32,000 bases of DNA from Vibrio vulnificus CMCP6. Lineage in GTDB: Bacteria; Pseudomonadota; Gammaproteobacteria; Enterobacterales; Vibrionaceae. Positions 29,912 through 32,000 of the stretch are shown piece by piece. A program made the position numbers and the translations under genes. Below the pieces are notes generated by a model, which was given only the letters and a program-made list of their open reading frames with translations, did not search any database and had not been told where the DNA came from. Position 1 is the first letter of the stretch. Each line of letters opens with the position of its first letter. The stretch is from positions 240,001-272,000 of the forward strand of contig NC_004460.2 in assembly GCF_000039765.1 (NCBI RefSeq), in the 5' to 3' direction.

Positions 29912-29937
29912 AAAGCCGGCATTTATGCCGGCTTTTT
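29912..29937 (+). terminator. Intrinsic terminator
   Basis: AAAGCCGGCAT-tt-ATGCCGGCTTTTTG. Confidence 0.85.
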
Positions 29938-30048
29938 GTTTGCAAAAAATAATGGCATTCATGCTTAATGCTAACGCATCCCGCTCTTACTCGAAATTTC
30001 TCGCTGTGGTAGAGTGAATATTCCTGTTTCTCCCACATCAGTTTTCCT

Positions 30049-30945
30049 ATGTTATCGAATTTGAGGTCAGCGTTTCCCCTTGGCGTCCGCTACATGATTC
30101 TATCGGCTTTGGGCTTCGCTCTAATGTCTGCCAGTGTTAAGTACGTGAGTGTACACGGTATTCCTTTGTTTGAAATTGTTGCGGCCCGTGCTTTGGTTTC
30201 ACTAATCATCAGCTATCTGGATGTCAAACGAAAAGGGATATCGGTTTGGGGGAACAACAAACGCTGGTTGTTTGCTCGCGGTGCAGTCGGAACGCTCGCT
30301 TTGATGTGTGTCTACTATGCCGTAACGGCATTACCTTTGGCGGAAGCGACCATTCTTCAGTACGTACACCCCGTTTTCACTGCGTTACTGGCGGTACTCT
30401 TTTTGAAAGAGCGAGTACAGCCTGCGACCCTTGCGTGTATCACGCTTTGCTTATTAGGGGTTTTCACCATGGTTTACCCAAGCTTTGATGCATCGGGTGT
30501 CGGTGAGTTACCGATGTTGAGTGTGGGTATTGCGCTATTGGGGGCGTTTGGCAGTTCGATTGCCTACGTGATAGTCAGGAAACTGAGCCGCACAGAAGAC
30601 AGCTCTGTGATCATTTTCTATTTTCCTTTAGTCGCACTGCCAGTGTCAGCCATGCTCATTGGTGACGACTTTGTCGTGCCCGATATTACTCTGATTTTGA
30701 TACTGATTTTGGTGGGTATCTTCACTCAAATTGGCCAGTTTGGTCTTACCAAAGCGATGCAAACCCAAACTGCGGGTAATGCCTCTGCTTATTCTTATGT
30801 ACAGATCGTTTTTTCGGCTTTGTTAGGCGTTGTTCTGTTTAATGAGGTTCCCTCAATTTGGACGTTGTTGGGTGGTTCATTGATCGTAACAGGTGCTTTG
30901 ATCAACGTATTTGGACCGAAATCCAAGTGGCTAGCGAATCGCTAG
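30049..30945 (+). CDS. DMT-superfamily (EamA) transporter
   Basis: 10-TM pattern; 'EATILQYVHPVFTALLAVLFLKERV' and 'NASAYSYVQIVFSALLGVVLFNEVPSIWTLLGGSLIVTGALI'. Confidence 0.9.
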   Translation: MLSNLRSAFPLGVRYMILSALGFALMSASVKYVSVHGIPLFEIVAARALVSLIISYLDVKRKGISVWGNNKRWLFARGAVGTLALMCVYYAVTALPLAEATILQYVHPVFTALLAVLFLKERVQPATLACITLCLLGVFTMVYPSFDASGVGELPMLSVGIALLGAFGSSIAYVIVRKLSRTEDSSVIIFYFPLVALPVSAMLIGDDFVVPDITLILILILVGIFTQIGQFGLTKAMQTQTAGNASAYSYVQIVFSALLGVVLFNEVPSIWTLLGGSLIVTGALINVFGPKSKWLANR

Positions 30946-31132
30946 TTGCTAGAAGCGAAAAGAAGAATGCGTCATCCAGATCTGCCATATTCTAGTATCG
31001 CCTTTTAAACGTGTTGGACTAGGTGGATCTGACTCTCATTGTTCTCCGATAAGAGAATGTTCTTGTCGACTCTTTTAGAGAATGTGCTACTAATTCAGTC
31101 TGTTGCAGCATAGTGAAAGAACAGGGTGGAGA

Positions 31133-32000
31133 ATGATTTCATTACAGGGTCACATAATTGTTAATGAAGCCGACCTAGAGAAGGTGATACAGGCACTGCC
31201 TCTACACATTGAACTCACACGCAAGGAACCGGGCTGCTTAACGTTTAGTGTAAGCCAAGATCCTGTCAATCCTTGCTTGTTTCACGTCGAGGAAACATTC
31301 ACCTGTCAGTTTGCTTTCGATGAGCATCAACGACGCACAGCCATTTCTGCTTGGGCCGAAATTACGCGTTCGGCAAAACGTTGTTATCAAGTGTCTTACC
31401 AAACTCAAGTTACACCAAGGGCACGTCGCTACGACATCATTGGTGCGCCATTCAATCAGCTTGGTTGTTACGTTACCAATCAGAACCCTGTCGAGCAATT
31501 TCGCCAGTTGGATGAAAAAACAGGGCTAGGCTTATCTCAGTGGATAGCAATTCGCAATAATCGCTGGGATGCGGATATCAACGATTGCGGGGATGTTGCT
31601 GCCTCTTCTGATGTGCTCGACATGTTGGCATCCGATAACAAAGAGCAAGCCTTGGCTCTTTATAGCAGCGAGTTACAACAGAGGCTGCTTAAAAGCTATC
31701 AGCAGGGGCGAGTGCCGATTACGATTGGCGGCGATCACTCGATTGCGGTCGGCACGGTGCAGGCCACGCTCAATTTCTATCAACACCAACAAGAGAAGCG
31801 AGTTGCGGTGATCTGGGTTGATGCACACGCAGATTGCAACAACCAGTTGGCGAGTAATCTTCATGGTAAGCCCATCGCGCTGCTGATGAACGAATATCCA
31901 CATAATGGCTGGCAGATCGAAACATCATCTGCCTTGTCGCCCAGCGATGTTTACTTGATTGGTGTAAGGGATTTAATGCCAGCGGAACAACAATTGATGA
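31133..32000 (+). CDS. ABM (antibiotic biosynthesis monooxygenase) domain fused in frame to an arginase/agmatinase-family domain; truncated by the window edge
   Basis: Manual translation from ATG 31133 (SD GGGTGGAG) has no stop to the window end: MISLQGHIIVNEADLEKVIQALPLHIELTRKEPGCLTFSVSQDPVNPCLFHVEETF...RRTAISAWAEITRSAKRCYQVSYQ, then YDIIGAPFNQLGCYVTN...VPITIGGDHSIAVG...VAVIWVDAHADCNN. Confidence 0.8.
   Translation, partial: MISLQGHIIVNEADLEKVIQALPLHIELTRKEPGCLTFSVSQDPVNPCLFHVEETFTCQFAFDEHQRRTAISAWAEITRSAKRCYQVSYQTQVTPRARRYDIIGAPFNQLGCYVTNQNPVEQFRQLDEKTGLGLSQWIAIRNNRWDADINDCGDVAASSDVLDMLASDNKEQALALYSSELQQRLLKSYQQGRVPITIGGDHSIAVGTVQATLNFYQHQQEKRVAVIWVDAHADCNNQLASNLHGKPIALLMNEYPHNGWQIETSSALSPSDVYLIGVRDLMPAEQQLM

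Noticed and set aside
1-32000. Search for CRISPR arrays, tRNA/rRNA genes, IS elements, integron attC-like cassettes or phage genes
   Set aside because: No regularly spaced repeats, transposase or integrase-like translations, or RNA gene signatures were recognised on either strand.

Overview
This is an ordinary-looking Vibrionaceae chromosomal segment (probably Vibrio, species not assignable by eye; possibly the second chromosome). I see no prophage, transposase, integron cassette, CRISPR array, rRNA or tRNA. In order it carries: the end of an AraC-family regulator, a large multidomain GH18 chitinase, glgC, fhs, gsk, a CreA-like gene, a tiny lipoprotein ORF plus a small unknown gene, an HD-GYP sensor protein, a HAD phosphatase, a small zinc-ribbon ORF, an MCP, acpH, rhlE, an EAL-domain protein, cytochrome b561 plus YceI, a formate/nitrite transporter fused to CBS domains, a divergent LysR regulator, a DUF1097-like membrane protein, a YbjD/OLD-like ATPase-nuclease, a 5'-nucleotidase, a TerC/Alx membrane protein behind a yybP-ykoY (Mn2+) riboswitch-like leader, an EamA transporter, and an edge-truncated ORF absent from the supplied track. 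I did not find a convincing new multigene system. The best second-look items are: (1) the edge ORF, which appears to fuse an antibiotic-biosynthesis-monooxygenase (ABM) domain in frame to an arginase-family domain; (2) the riboswitch-like leader of the TerC gene, with a 9-bp hairpin abutting the Shine-Dalgarno; (3) near-perfect PurR-type palindromes upstream of fhs and between creA and a 36-aa lipoprotein ORF; (4) paired inverted repeats between the FNT-CBS transporter and the LysR gene; (5) three very small ORFs missing from the 60-aa track. All family calls rest on recognised motifs and remembered sequence similarity; no database search was run.
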